This document shows positions 1-10,923 of a stretch of 64,000 nucleotides of DNA, one piece after another (the stretch's first letter is position 1; the number at the start of each line of letters is the position of its first letter). The notes under the pieces are model-generated. The model did no database searches. It saw only the letters and a program-made list of their open reading frames with translations, and was not told the origin of the DNA. The stretch lies in the IMG/VR virus record IMGVR_UViG_3300007754_000852, one strand, 5' to 3'. Source of the stretch: a virus. Its lineage: Duplodnaviria > Caudoviricetes. Position numbers and translations under genes: made by a program.

Positions 1-50
1 AGCTTTTCAAATTTCTTCCAGTTTGATTCAACAATTTCAGGTGTTAACAT
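1..50 (-). CDS. 5' end of a gene running off the left edge (MLTPEIVESNWKKFEK...), product unknown
   Basis: ATG at 48-50 preceded by GAGGT Shine-Dalgarno; frame open to window edge; only 16 codons visible. Confidence 0.5.
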   Translation of the reverse strand, partial: MLTPEIVESNWKKFEK

Positions 51-68
51 TTATACCTCTATGATATT

Positions 69-1250
69 TTACACAAAATTCTCAATCTTTACAGGAAACT
101 TTTGTGATATTCCCCTTATCTTTACTCCCTCAGATGCGATTTTTTCTATTTTAGCTACACTTTTTTCAGGTGCATCAATAATCATTGCATCATGAATTAC
201 AAACACTGGCAATAGATTCACATTCATGTTCTTACATCTTTCTAACAGGTATCTAAATCCAAGAAGAGACGCATCAACACCAGTAGACTGTAAATAATGA
301 TTTACATGAGATGAATCAGATAAAATTTTTCTTCCATATAGATTTTCTATAAATCCATTCTGATCATAAAAGGATTTTAGGCCCCTCTCAAGATTTCTAA
401 TTTTAAAGTATGATTTAATGGATGATAATATCATATCAGCATCGTTGTCTGGAGGAAGCTTAAGTGAAAGATTCTTTGATGTCATTCCGTATAGGCAGCA
501 AATTGTTGATATTTTTGATATATCTCTTGATATCTTACCATCGAATATGTTCTTGCTAATGTCATCATAGATATCATTTGGTGCTGCAATACCAGCTACG
601 TCCAAAGCAATTCTCGGTTCAAGCGATACAAAATCAACCTGTAACAATCTCCCATCATGAAATCTAGATGAAAAAATAGACCTATTTTCTTTTTTTAGCG
701 TCAAGATGTTTGGACCGCTTTTTACAGTTAGCCTTCCTGTAGTTGATTTTGACTGATCGTATCTTATTTGTTGAATTAATCCATCGATCTTTGGTCTAAA
801 TTTAAAAAGAGAGGAATGAAGATCATCTATATTCTGTAATCGACTTTTATTTACTTTTGCTCTTTTTAAATCCGTCAGAAGCTTTCTATTTTCAACAAAT
901 ACATCATCGTAATACGATCCACTTATTTCATCAATTATCTTATATGCACTTCTTTTAATTCTAAAAATATGATTCTTAAATTGGTCACACGAAATAGAAT
1001 ATGCCCATGGAACATAGGACCTATCACTATCTTTTCTCAGAGTCTGCCACATGTTTTTTTGGCTTTCTGTGTCGAACAATGTCAGGCTTTTATCTAGCGC
1101 CAGTGCAACAGCAGAAAGATCTCGTGATCTATCATTGTCTCCCAAAGACCATACATTATCTGGAATTATCGATATCCACGAAAAGCTATCACCATCACAA
1201 AGAAGATGTCTATCTGTTCCCATCACCTTTGAAGAGATTGCAAGCTTCAT
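69..1250 (-). CDS. polA: Family A DNA polymerase, compact polymerase-domain protein (393 aa)
   Basis: PolA motifs in order: STTGRL, motif A DFVSLEPR, motif B RDISKISTICCLYG, motif C VIHDAMIID. Confidence 0.85.
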   Translation of the reverse strand: MKLAISSKVMGTDRHLLCDGDSFSWISIIPDNVWSLGDNDRSRDLSAVALALDKSLTLFDTESQKNMWQTLRKDSDRSYVPWAYSISCDQFKNHIFRIKRSAYKIIDEISGSYYDDVFVENRKLLTDLKRAKVNKSRLQNIDDLHSSLFKFRPKIDGLIQQIRYDQSKSTTGRLTVKSGPNILTLKKENRSIFSSRFHDGRLLQVDFVSLEPRIALDVAGIAAPNDIYDDISKNIFDGKISRDISKISTICCLYGMTSKNLSLKLPPDNDADMILSSIKSYFKIRNLERGLKSFYDQNGFIENLYGRKILSDSSHVNHYLQSTGVDASLLGFRYLLERCKNMNVNLLPVFVIHDAMIIDAPEKSVAKIEKIASEGVKIRGISQKFPVKIENFV

Positions 1251-1276
1251 ATAATGATTGTAATCTTTACAATAGA

Positions 1277-4249
1277 CTATGTATCGATATTTGTAGACTG
1301 AGACATTAACTTAGGTAGCACGCTTGAAAGGGTATTTCTAAATGTGTTTACTGTTCCGTTTGAAACAAACGTTAAGTTGAAACTTGTTTCAAATTTTCCA
1401 CTTGATAAAGCGTGACTTATATTTGTCACTGTATAGAGGTTATCTGCTGTTGTACCGGTATTTAAATCAAGAAAAAACTGCTGTCCATACTCTATGATTG
1501 GACATCCAAGCATTGTAACACGAACAGATGCAGGAATTACCTTGACGTCTTCAATTGCAGCAGCTTGAGATGTTGATGATTGTGGATCTTTATCAACTAA
1601 TGAGTTAAGTAATAGAGCATCGCCAACCGCGCCGCCTGTGTTTGCACTAAGTGTTACACTTTTTAATGCTGTAAACTGTGATCCAAAGTTTATATTGGGA
1701 ACCGTTTGCTTAATAAGACGCTTAATATTTTCAGGATTAGTTTTTGATATAATCATATTATAGTCTGTTAAATTTTCACCTTTAGATGGTGACTCAACGT
1801 GGTTTTCATCCTGACTTCTTGACAAGACGTTTCTACTCTGGCCAGGATCGATTCCAACATTAGTAGCATCCATTTCTGACGTCGAAGAATCTGCGCCCTT
1901 TATTAGGCTTGATATCTCTGAGTCATTAAGTGCTGACAGTAGAAATAATTGATCTGCATGAGGCGTTGCACTCTGATCAAACACATGAATTCTAAGAATT
2001 ACCTTATTATTATCACCAACTGCAGGAAGAGAATCCATGTAAAATTTAACAACCGGTAGTCTAAATTCTCCTGAAGCTGTGCCGCAATTGTCACTTGTGT
2101 ATATTTCCTTGAGCCTTTCTTCAATTTCTTTATTTATTTTTTCAATGCTTTTTTGGGCTTCTTCACCCTGATTTGATGACTCAGAAGCTGTAGCCTTTCG
2201 CCTATATAAAGATGTTAGCCCGTAGTTCACATTAGAAGGATTTGACACGATATCTTTTATTAGAGATAAAAACCCATTAACTGTTAACGATGGATTACTT
2301 CTAATCTTATTAAGCATCTTTATGCGAAATTCCTCTATATTGACAACAAACTGTGATATGTCAAGCCTTCTAGCCGCAGCAGCCTGTGAATTAAACCTAT
2401 AAAAGAACACCTGTGTCTCATCAAATCTACCTGACGAAGCAAGAGGATATCCTACAAAGCTCATTATCAGCTTTCCAAGAGAGACAAACTCATTATTCTG
2501 AAGACCTGATTTTACACCTGGAAAAATCTCATCTGTTATCATTCTGTCATCAGGTAAAAACGGATCAGTCGCATCTTCGTGCCTCAGGGCGGCTATTTTC
2601 CCCTTTAATTCAGATTTTAGTGATTGATTTGACTCATTTAATGAAATTAGCTCTCCACCGTTACCGTCCTCTCCTATTAGCTTTGTTATGACGTTTGTCA
2701 ATGCTTTTGTGCTTGTTGACGTGTTTATGTCTGCCTGTGGAGACAATATATTGTGAAATTCTTCAAATAACTCTCTTGATATCACAGATGATGTTGATGA
2801 TGCATTTCTTAAGTTTACTGTCACCTGATTTCTTATGTCTCTTAGCTGATTATCGGCAGCGTCTGTAATATCTTGAAGCTTTTTAGATAATATTGACGTC
2901 AATATTGGCTTAAATATAGAAACAGGCACAACATCTCCTGTGGCAACAGGAACATTAATCGAATCTGTTCCTCCTCGAGAGGCTAATCTTAAAGTTATTT
3001 TTACAGTTCCATCATTTCCCATTGAGTAGTTTGATGAAACTGTATGGAAAAGATTTTTTGTCTTCATGCTGTTTAAAAACTTACCTATGGGATTATTTGA
3101 ACCAGACCCACCTTCAGGATGATTCCAACCCCATTCAATTAAAACATTCGTTGTTCCAAATAGATCAATTGCAACAATTGGAGCGATATCAGCAAGCCTT
3201 GACCTATCATGAAGAGTTATATCAACTGTTGCTGTCTTTGAACTAAGCAGTGCTCTTCCCAGCCCTTCAATCTTTATATTGATTCCGTTTAATGTCATAA
3301 GAGGTTTAAACGGATCGAGAATATTTCCTGCCCGTCCTGAAAAATCTCCTCTATTAATATCAGCATTGATTAACGTCTGCGGGCTCGTAAATAGCTCCAT
3401 TCCTGCCGTCGATACAGATGGGTTTATTCCAAGATCATCTCCTGCAACTCCGGCAGAAATTGTTCCAAAGAACTCATCTTTTGCACCATCATCAAAAATC
3501 GAATTATTCATTCCAATTGAATCATTAGGATCATTTTTTGAATTCATTCCAAGAAATCTTAAGAGAGATAGCTGTCTTGTCCTTTCTCCCAAGGCTGTAG
3601 GGACAACAGACATAAACCTAAGATTTATATACGGAACACATCTTGACATCTCAACAGTTGAAATAGCATTAGAAAATAAAGTGATGCTATCTGTATTTCT
3701 TGTGGGTATTCCCAATCTAAGATTCGGAAATACAAATGCTGACAGTGTTGGACTTTTAAATCTATCAGGTGATGATGTTGATGTGTTAACGACAGACACA
3801 CCCAGCTGTGTCTCATTGCTTGATAAGCCGTCATCTGTGCTTATGATTTCTGATCGTGTCATATTCTTAACACTATCATTATCACCCTCCATAAAAAAGG
3901 ATTTTGGTGTTTTTGCTGCGCCTTTCTCAAAATAGACCTTTATAAAATTTTCTATATCACTGTCTTCACTATTTAGCTGCTCTCCGATTGTATTAAGAAT
4001 ATCCTTTGTAAAAAATGAGCCTTCAGTTGTATCACACAGGGCTTGCTGCAGCAGAGATACTAATTCTGTGTCTGCTTGTGATATATTTGACGTTCCTCCA
4101 GTTGCTATATTTGCTGCGCTTAGAATTGCTGCAGCTTGTTGATCTGAAGAAGACCCTTTTGTCATCAGAGATATGATGTCATCTCTTCCTGTTGAGGCAA
4201 AATACTTTAAAAGACCCTCAGTTGCTTCGCTTAAATAACTTATTGCCAC
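1277..4249 (-). CDS. Putative baseplate hub protein (P2 gpD / T4 gp27-like), 990 aa
   Basis: Follows a LysM/gpX-like gene at the end of the tail module; C-terminus MLGCPIIEYGQ...YTVTNISHALSSGKFETSFNL resembles the gpD/gp27 hub C-terminal pattern. Confidence 0.5.
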   Translation of the reverse strand: MAISYLSEATEGLLKYFASTGRDDIISLMTKGSSSDQQAAAILSAANIATGGTSNISQADTELVSLLQQALCDTTEGSFFTKDILNTIGEQLNSEDSDIENFIKVYFEKGAAKTPKSFFMEGDNDSVKNMTRSEIISTDDGLSSNETQLGVSVVNTSTSSPDRFKSPTLSAFVFPNLRLGIPTRNTDSITLFSNAISTVEMSRCVPYINLRFMSVVPTALGERTRQLSLLRFLGMNSKNDPNDSIGMNNSIFDDGAKDEFFGTISAGVAGDDLGINPSVSTAGMELFTSPQTLINADINRGDFSGRAGNILDPFKPLMTLNGINIKIEGLGRALLSSKTATVDITLHDRSRLADIAPIVAIDLFGTTNVLIEWGWNHPEGGSGSNNPIGKFLNSMKTKNLFHTVSSNYSMGNDGTVKITLRLASRGGTDSINVPVATGDVVPVSIFKPILTSILSKKLQDITDAADNQLRDIRNQVTVNLRNASSTSSVISRELFEEFHNILSPQADINTSTSTKALTNVITKLIGEDGNGGELISLNESNQSLKSELKGKIAALRHEDATDPFLPDDRMITDEIFPGVKSGLQNNEFVSLGKLIMSFVGYPLASSGRFDETQVFFYRFNSQAAAARRLDISQFVVNIEEFRIKMLNKIRSNPSLTVNGFLSLIKDIVSNPSNVNYGLTSLYRRKATASESSNQGEEAQKSIEKINKEIEERLKEIYTSDNCGTASGEFRLPVVKFYMDSLPAVGDNNKVILRIHVFDQSATPHADQLFLLSALNDSEISSLIKGADSSTSEMDATNVGIDPGQSRNVLSRSQDENHVESPSKGENLTDYNMIISKTNPENIKRLIKQTVPNINFGSQFTALKSVTLSANTGGAVGDALLLNSLVDKDPQSSTSQAAAIEDVKVIPASVRVTMLGCPIIEYGQQFFLDLNTGTTADNLYTVTNISHALSSGKFETSFNLTFVSNGTVNTFRNTLSSVLPKLMSQSTNIDT

Positions 4250-4252
4250 TTA

Positions 4253-4549
4253 TCACCTTATCAGCCTAAATACATCGTTTATATTCGTAGGAATTTTTAT
4301 TATTGTTCCAGGAGGAACCTGCAACCCCCATCCTATTCCACTTGCCGCGGCAATAACCCACCACAGATCAGACGACCCATACATTCTTCCTGATATCTGA
4401 TCAAGCCTCTGGCCTTCCTTTAATGTTGTTGTTGTAAACTCAAGGACACCAGACTCAATTGCTTTAAAGATCCTAGATGATGATACGCTGGTTGCATATA
4501 GCTTTCTACCAAGAATCTTCGGTGTAAATGCATATCTTCCTGTTGACAT
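4253..4549 (-). CDS. LysM-like baseplate protein (P2 gpX / T4 gp53-like)
   Basis: TTLKEGQRLDQISGRMYGSSDLWWVIAAASGI...VPPGTIIKIP is the LysM/gpX pattern; position between tape measure and hub. Confidence 0.75.
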   Translation of the reverse strand: MSTGRYAFTPKILGRKLYATSVSSSRIFKAIESGVLEFTTTTLKEGQRLDQISGRMYGSSDLWWVIAAASGIGWGLQVPPGTIIKIPTNINDVFRLIR

Positions 4550-4556
4550 TTATCTA

Positions 4557-7500
4557 TTAATCCTTTGCTGACTTGATTGCACGTCCCGCTGCCCTAACTA
4601 GTGCTCCCTTTTTTCCTTCACCTGTATATTCAAGTCGAGACGATGCGCCTCCATCATCATACACATCTCCTGCTATGTGCTCCATCGCACCCCCAACATT
4701 GTAAATAGGAGCCCTGTTGAAGCCAGCATGGTCAAGACCGGGAGGTAGATCGTGAATCACATCAAGCGATAATGTAACCTTGCACGCCATGGGAGCCCTG
4801 GCATTCCAGTCAATCTCCCATGGAAACTCCATCCAGTTAAAGTCTAATGATGTAATTGCACCTGCAAGCCCACGGCCCTTGGATGAGTTAAATGACTTAA
4901 CTATCGGATTATTTTTTTCATTCATAAAGCTGGCTGCAGATGTTTGTGAAATGTTAATCATGTCAGCAGGCAATCCAAGGGCTAAAGATGCCTCTTTTAC
5001 AAGAGCATCGGCGGCTGCCTGAGCTGTGAGTGCTCCTAAACCTATAGTCGAAAGAACAGCTGAATTGAATAGGTACGATGGATTTGGCATAATGTCTGCA
5101 TGGGTAACGGCCAGTCTCTTTCCTATCATGTTCAAGTCTACGCCTGAGTCAATTATAACAACACTGTAAATTGTCTTCGTTCGTGTTGTGCTTGACGATG
5201 GACCAGAAAATGTTCTGCTGTCTCCATTTTTTCCTATGGGTATCTGTGAAGATACTGTTCTTGTTCCTGCTAGCTTATTATTTGATTTCGAAGATGGTGA
5301 ACCAGACGTCTGACCATCAATCCACACCTTTATTGGTCTCGTTATTCTAAATCGAATAGCAGAATCATCCTCTACTATGTATCCATCATTATGTGACGCC
5401 TTGAGATAGTGTATCTCAGACTTCCTATATCCCTTTGTTGACCATCCGCGATCAGAAATTCCTATCTTTGATGCTGTTTCAGAAATTTTCTCAGACAACG
5501 TATCTGACCATGTTGAATTCTTTGGATTATCTGGGTCTTTCATCCTATCAAGAATTAGCTCTAACCCAAGAGGATTTGCAAAGCCATTAATTAAAAATTG
5601 AGATGTAAATGTCTTTGCTGCGACACCTGCACCGCCACCAATGTTTGACAAGCTAAGATTTCCTAATGATAATGCTAACGGCGAACCAAATAAAGAGTAA
5701 AACACCTTTATCATTGACTTAGACATGTTTGCAACAGAATCGTTTACACTATTAACTGTCGAACTAATACTTGACAATCCATCGCCTGTAACCTTTGGGC
5801 TTATGCCTGTATCTCCAATTCCAAATATTCTTGCCAGATTAAACTTTGAATAGTTTCCCTTTATAACATCACCAACTCTCATTCGAATAATCGGAGATGC
5901 ACCAAGAACTTGAGAAAACGGCTGAATAAACGTACTATCGTCAACAGACACCTTGTCACCCTGTGTCCACTTTGGATAAACTAATGTTGTTAGCTTATTT
6001 ATTTTCCACCACATCTCATCAAAATCTTCTTTCGATGTTGAGATAACATAGAATGTTGTTGACACAGTTCGTCTAGTTCCACTATATGACTTAACAGCAT
6101 CCATTCTACCATAGCCGCTTGAATCTCCAGAATATCCCGGGCTGTATCGATCTGTCAGCGTCTCGACAAATGCATGAAATGCAACTATTTCATTTGTTCT
6201 TAAATCATGAAAATAAAACGGAACATACTCTGAATCGAGCATGTTCTCCAGCCTCTCAATCACTGCTCCAGGTATTCTAGAATCCCCGCCTACCATATTT
6301 TCATCAATATATGCTTTCGTAGCAATAGATGTCCCTAATATCCCCTTTAGAGGATTTGTACCGTCTGACATTGTTCCCATTTCAAGTGCAGTATTGATTA
6401 TATTAGCTGGAACAAGATATGCAGAAGGAATTGAATTTCCTCTCCATGCTAGTGACATCGATGTGTTTCCATCGTTGCTTCTACTTTTAGATACCCTTGT
6501 TGCAGGACCATCCTCAAGCTCATCAACATTCCATGGGTTAACACTGTCATTAATTGAATCAAATTCTAAATTTCCACCTGTCATCTTAAAGCTAATGTTT
6601 CCAATTGTCGCTGCGACGTTTAAGAAACCAATAATCTTATTGCGACCCAGAGTCATAAATAAGCTTGATGTAACAGATGAATCATCATCTCCAATATCAC
6701 CTATCTCATTTGCTGCCCTTAGAACAGATCTTGCGATAGATAGCCAGAAGCCTGGTGCCTCCTGAATATGCTGATGCTTGACAACTGTTGACTTGTCAGA
6801 TGCTAACACGCCGTCAGATGTCGGACTTTTATCATCTGTAAATAGAACTCTAATTCCTCTATTAACACATTTATCATAAGGATAGTCAGTTGGAACTATT
6901 ACAAGACGCTTAAGTAGCTCAAATCTTGAATTTAACGCAAGGTTTGGACCTTTTCCAGACATATACGGTCCAGGATACATCGCAAGATTGTCTGATATAC
7001 TCTCACCAATAATTGACATTAGCATCTTTGATGCCTCTAGCAATGCAACTATTGCTGCTGCTGCCTGAGCCTTGACTATCTTTCTTGACCCTCGTGAGTC
7101 AAACATAGAGGAATCTGTATATGTTGACCCATATGATCGACTATTACTACTGTCATGTGATATAAAGCTGCCCCTACCGTGTCTATATGAGTAACCTTCA
7201 AGCTCTCCCTCAGAAATTTCCGGTCCGCCTTTTGCATTCATCGATCTAAGCAGAGAAAGGTCAACACCCCTAACACCATCAGAGACATCATCGTTTCTAT
7301 CATTAAGAAAATAATCTTCACCTATGTTACCTGGGCTCTGACTTTCACCCGGTATCGTCGAATCATCCCATCCTGCAGACTTTAACAGGAGAGACAAGCC
7401 GACATTTTTTAGATTATCGTTTATTACCCGTGTAGATTCCTTATCATACTCTCCAAATGATCTTTGTGCTGTTGTTGTTCCGAGGTCATCTGATCCGGCA

Positions 7501-8132
7501 TCAAGATCACTTGTAGCTGTTGGCGGTGGTGAAAAGGCCTTTTGATTTGCATGATTTGAGCTAAATCTATTTCTCTTTCCAACAATCTGACTGACAGAAT
7601 CCTCAATGCCTGATATATCCTGTTGATGTGTTGGAAATGTCAGCCCAGTCTTATCTGCATCCTTTCCAGATATTGATGATAGCATTTCATGTGAATCTGA
7701 CGAGGCACCTGTTTTATCAATTAAGCTAGATAGTGTATTTGATGTCTCGTCAAATTGACCGCTATTTGAATATCTCTCCATCTCTGCACCCAGAGTTGTC
7801 CCGTTTCTAGTAAATGTGTTCTCGACTCCTTGATCATCTGCAGGTACAATTACGTCTCCCCTATTAGATGACACGGCCTCTACATTTCCACCTTTTACCT
7901 TATATGACACAGGCGGTCTTGACAAATCGACTATAAATCTTAGATAATCACCCAGAAGACCGTTTGTCTCATCGACAAGGTCCAGAAGCTCTTTCTGTGT
8001 TCCAGGATCAGCTCCTAAGTCATCCCCGATACCGACTGAACCGTTTCCATCATTATCTGATATGGTATATGATATAGACGTCTCTGCTGAGCCCTGTTGT
8101 GATAGAAAGTCTTTTAAAGTTTTTCTTGACAC
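4557..8132 (-). CDS. Large tail/baseplate protein with a probable tube-initiator (gpU/gp48-like) domain, ~1190 aa
   Basis: Start revised to GTG at 8132 (AAGGAG upstream, 1 nt after the previous stop); central segment AFVETLTDRYSPGY...YGRMDAVKSYSGTRRTVSTTFYV resembles tube-initiator domains; synteny after tape measure. Confidence 0.5.
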   Translation of the reverse strand: MSRKTLKDFLSQQGSAETSISYTISDNDGNGSVGIGDDLGADPGTQKELLDLVDETNGLLGDYLRFIVDLSRPPVSYKVKGGNVEAVSSNRGDVIVPADDQGVENTFTRNGTTLGAEMERYSNSGQFDETSNTLSSLIDKTGASSDSHEMLSSISGKDADKTGLTFPTHQQDISGIEDSVSQIVGKRNRFSSNHANQKAFSPPPTATSDLDAGSDDLGTTTAQRSFGEYDKESTRVINDNLKNVGLSLLLKSAGWDDSTIPGESQSPGNIGEDYFLNDRNDDVSDGVRGVDLSLLRSMNAKGGPEISEGELEGYSYRHGRGSFISHDSSNSRSYGSTYTDSSMFDSRGSRKIVKAQAAAAIVALLEASKMLMSIIGESISDNLAMYPGPYMSGKGPNLALNSRFELLKRLVIVPTDYPYDKCVNRGIRVLFTDDKSPTSDGVLASDKSTVVKHQHIQEAPGFWLSIARSVLRAANEIGDIGDDDSSVTSSLFMTLGRNKIIGFLNVAATIGNISFKMTGGNLEFDSINDSVNPWNVDELEDGPATRVSKSRSNDGNTSMSLAWRGNSIPSAYLVPANIINTALEMGTMSDGTNPLKGILGTSIATKAYIDENMVGGDSRIPGAVIERLENMLDSEYVPFYFHDLRTNEIVAFHAFVETLTDRYSPGYSGDSSGYGRMDAVKSYSGTRRTVSTTFYVISTSKEDFDEMWWKINKLTTLVYPKWTQGDKVSVDDSTFIQPFSQVLGASPIIRMRVGDVIKGNYSKFNLARIFGIGDTGISPKVTGDGLSSISSTVNSVNDSVANMSKSMIKVFYSLFGSPLALSLGNLSLSNIGGGAGVAAKTFTSQFLINGFANPLGLELILDRMKDPDNPKNSTWSDTLSEKISETASKIGISDRGWSTKGYRKSEIHYLKASHNDGYIVEDDSAIRFRITRPIKVWIDGQTSGSPSSKSNNKLAGTRTVSSQIPIGKNGDSRTFSGPSSSTTRTKTIYSVVIIDSGVDLNMIGKRLAVTHADIMPNPSYLFNSAVLSTIGLGALTAQAAADALVKEASLALGLPADMINISQTSAASFMNEKNNPIVKSFNSSKGRGLAGAITSLDFNWMEFPWEIDWNARAPMACKVTLSLDVIHDLPPGLDHAGFNRAPIYNVGGAMEHIAGDVYDDGGASSRLEYTGEGKKGALVRAAGRAIKSAKD

Positions 8133-8133
8133 C

Positions 8134-8349
8134 CTACTTCTCCTTCGAGAGCATTTCATTTAACTCATCAAAAAACTTTTCTCTTTTTTCCTCACTTAAA
8201 AGAACTGATCCGATCTTATCATTTATTTCTTGAAGTTTTGTAGCAAAGTACTCGACATCAGACTCTACTTTTGCCCTCTCCTCTTCAGATAGCTCGCTCA
8301 AGGCATCCTCATAAAACATATTTTTTTTAATCTTGTCTAGTAATGTCAT
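8134..8349 (-). CDS. Hypothetical acidic helical protein (71 aa)
   Basis: ATG overlaps the tape-measure stop (ATGA) and the ORF abuts the next gene, consistent with translational coupling. Confidence 0.65.
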   Translation of the reverse strand: MTLLDKIKKNMFYEDALSELSEEERAKVESDVEYFATKLQEINDKIGSVLLSEEKREKFFDELNEMLSKEK

Positions 8350-10637
8350 GATATCTGTGATGTAACAATTGTAATATTGTCAGTTCCGACTGGGTTTTGT
8401 ATTATTGCATCGGCCAAAATACGAGAATCTAACTCAACAGTGATATTTATTGGCCTCCCGGACATTGCAGACGTAACTGCCTCAGCTGTTCTAGATATCA
8501 CCTCTGTTGTTCCCTGTGTGGGCATTTCAGACTCACCCACATCCACGGCCTCTTCACCGGCTCCAAGAAGAGCCTGTGTTCTTCTGCCGACAGAGCTTGC
8601 AACAACAGTCTCAGCGCTATCAGGCCCAGCGAGTGCTGATGATATTTCCTCTCTTGTCAACCCAGTCTTCTCCATCATATCATTTATCGCAGACTCATTC
8701 AGCTGGTCAAACCTGACCTGATCACTGATCCAAATGTCAAGCATCTCTGATGCGAAATCTGCCTGACTTCTTATAGCCCTTGCTCTTCTTCCAGCATCAG
8801 AGCTTTCAAGAATTCCTAACTGTTCTTCTGTAAATGATGTAATGTCATCAGACCTAGAGATTAGATCATCAAGTGCGTCTCTACCGTGTGCTGCAAGAGT
8901 TATTGCTGCATCTCTAATTGCAGACCCTTGAACATTTACCCCCTCTCTTGTTCTTTCTTCAATATACCTCAGCGTGTCATCAAATTGAGATCTCTTCTCC
9001 TCATCTAGCTCACCTATCTCACCCTGGAGCCTTTGTAATGCACCTGAGGTGCCCATGATGCTGTCTATCCTGGCTCTTTCAACATCAGCTGCAGCTGCTT
9101 CACCTGCCTCAGCTAGGTTTTTAATATGATCTAAGCTTGTCTCAAGCTCTGCTGCTGTTAGCCCAGCCAATCTTTCCTCTATAAGCTCACCGGTTTCAGA
9201 TACATATTGACCGCCTTGCTTGCTCATATATTCTTCTAGGGCTTCAGAGCCTGCATTCACTAGCTCTCCAGTGCTTACACCTACTATACGAGCTAGCTCA
9301 AGCCTTGTATCTGCAAGACCCTTTGCCATATCTTTCGACGCAATGTTCAAGAGGTTATCATTAAATCTTTCCAAAATTCTCGATGCATTGTCCATCGGTC
9401 TGATGCTTTCAACCATCTCAGAAAGATTGTCCTTTATTAAGCTAGGATCACTTGCTGCCTGGAGATCCTCAAATGACGTTACAACATTGCTTGGATCAAG
9501 GAATCTTTCAACTGCACCGATGTCCTGGAACCCTAGCTGAGTCTTGAGAAGATTCTTCTCAGCTATCGTCATTGACTCCCAGTCTTTTCCTGCTCCAAGA
9601 AGCTGCTCTCTCATCCTGACTAGGAACTGTTCCTGATCAGTGTTTGCCAGCTCCATCATCTCCATGGCATCCATGTGAATTCCAAACACAGACGTGAGGT
9701 TTCCAACAGCAGTTGCAGCATCCTCATAGCTCTGGAACTTGCCAACGGCTCCTGACAGATCCTCATATCTTATTCCGACCTCGATGAGAGCTGCACTGAT
9801 TCTTGATGCCTCAGACGTTGATACATTTCCAAACCTCTCTGTATCACGAATTATAAGCTCAATATTTCCAGCTATTCTCTTAGATGCTATTCCTGTTTCC
9901 TTTCCGACGGCATTAGAAAATGCAACAACCTCACGTAGCATCTGCCCTGTAGCCTCACCAGTTAGATCGACTTCTCTAGCGATAAGAGTCTCAAGCTGTT
10001 GCTGGTTAAAGCCCAATTCTTTCTGAGTCAATGCCATGTCAAGGGCGATATTTTCATTTGAGCTTCGAAGCAGATCATATGCCTCTGTCCCTCTATCAGC
10101 CACGGCCTTATAGAAGCTCTCCATCATCTGTTCTGAATTTTCAAATATTGTGAACAGACTAGACCCTTGAATCTTCACAGCCTCATCAGAAAAGTCATAA
10201 AACTGCGATATGATTCTCTGTGTTGTGTCAACCATCTGTTGTGACTCTAGCGTCGTAGCATTGTTGATAAAGTCTATTCCACCACCGAAGTCATCAAGAA
10301 TCTTAAGAAATTGCTCACTATGATATCGAGTTAACGTATCAACTGCATCTATGGCATCTGATGCGATACCTAGAGGCTTACCAAGGACATCAAATACCTT
10401 TCCAGCAGAACCTGCTAGAGAATCAACTGTTGATCCAATCCTACCCGAAGATCTTTCAGCACGATCTAATGATGCACCCAACCCTCTGGCTTGCTCTCTA
10501 ATATCGTCGACGCTATTTCCAGTCGCCTCAGCAATTAAAAGCTGATACTCTAACTGCGTGCTTAGCTTTTGATTTATCTGGCCAAGAGTTACATTTATCT
10601 CTCTTGTTGTTTTATTTTGATCGCCAAAGTCAGCCAT
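8346..10637 (-). CDS. Probable tail tape measure protein (763 aa)
   Basis: Helical A/E/L/D-rich composition; directly downstream of tube and chaperone pair; GGAG SD upstream. Confidence 0.7.
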   Translation of the reverse strand: MADFGDQNKTTREINVTLGQINQKLSTQLEYQLLIAEATGNSVDDIREQARGLGASLDRAERSSGRIGSTVDSLAGSAGKVFDVLGKPLGIASDAIDAVDTLTRYHSEQFLKILDDFGGGIDFINNATTLESQQMVDTTQRIISQFYDFSDEAVKIQGSSLFTIFENSEQMMESFYKAVADRGTEAYDLLRSSNENIALDMALTQKELGFNQQQLETLIAREVDLTGEATGQMLREVVAFSNAVGKETGIASKRIAGNIELIIRDTERFGNVSTSEASRISAALIEVGIRYEDLSGAVGKFQSYEDAATAVGNLTSVFGIHMDAMEMMELANTDQEQFLVRMREQLLGAGKDWESMTIAEKNLLKTQLGFQDIGAVERFLDPSNVVTSFEDLQAASDPSLIKDNLSEMVESIRPMDNASRILERFNDNLLNIASKDMAKGLADTRLELARIVGVSTGELVNAGSEALEEYMSKQGGQYVSETGELIEERLAGLTAAELETSLDHIKNLAEAGEAAAADVERARIDSIMGTSGALQRLQGEIGELDEEKRSQFDDTLRYIEERTREGVNVQGSAIRDAAITLAAHGRDALDDLISRSDDITSFTEEQLGILESSDAGRRARAIRSQADFASEMLDIWISDQVRFDQLNESAINDMMEKTGLTREEISSALAGPDSAETVVASSVGRRTQALLGAGEEAVDVGESEMPTQGTTEVISRTAEAVTSAMSGRPINITVELDSRILADAIIQNPVGTDNITIVTSQIS

Positions 10638-10679
10638 CTACACGTACTCCACACGTAATAAGTATTCAGAACGCAGATA

Positions 10680-10923
10680 TCAACCGAAACGTTTGGGACC
10701 TATTTCTCCCATTGGAACATCCCTGCTAACACTCCTTGATGTTGATCTATTTTCAGACAACTTCTTCTTCTTCTTGAAATCTTCAACAAGTCGATCTATA
10801 AACCATCGCCTATATGGAATCGGAAGAGATCTCACGTCAGAATAGCTCATTCCGAGATGTCTCTGCAGTAGAAAGGCCTCCTCTAGAAACGCCTCTCTCC
10901 ACTCACTCCGTGGGCCAAAAAAA
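10680..10923 (-). CDS. Second tail-assembly-chaperone frame (gpT / T4 gp51-like), probably reached by frameshift
   Basis: FFGPRSEWREAFLEEAFLLQRHLGMSYSDVRSLPIPYRRWF resembles gpT/gp51-type chaperone C-termini; no ATG/SD of its own; overlaps upstream ORF at a T7 run. Confidence 0.6.
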
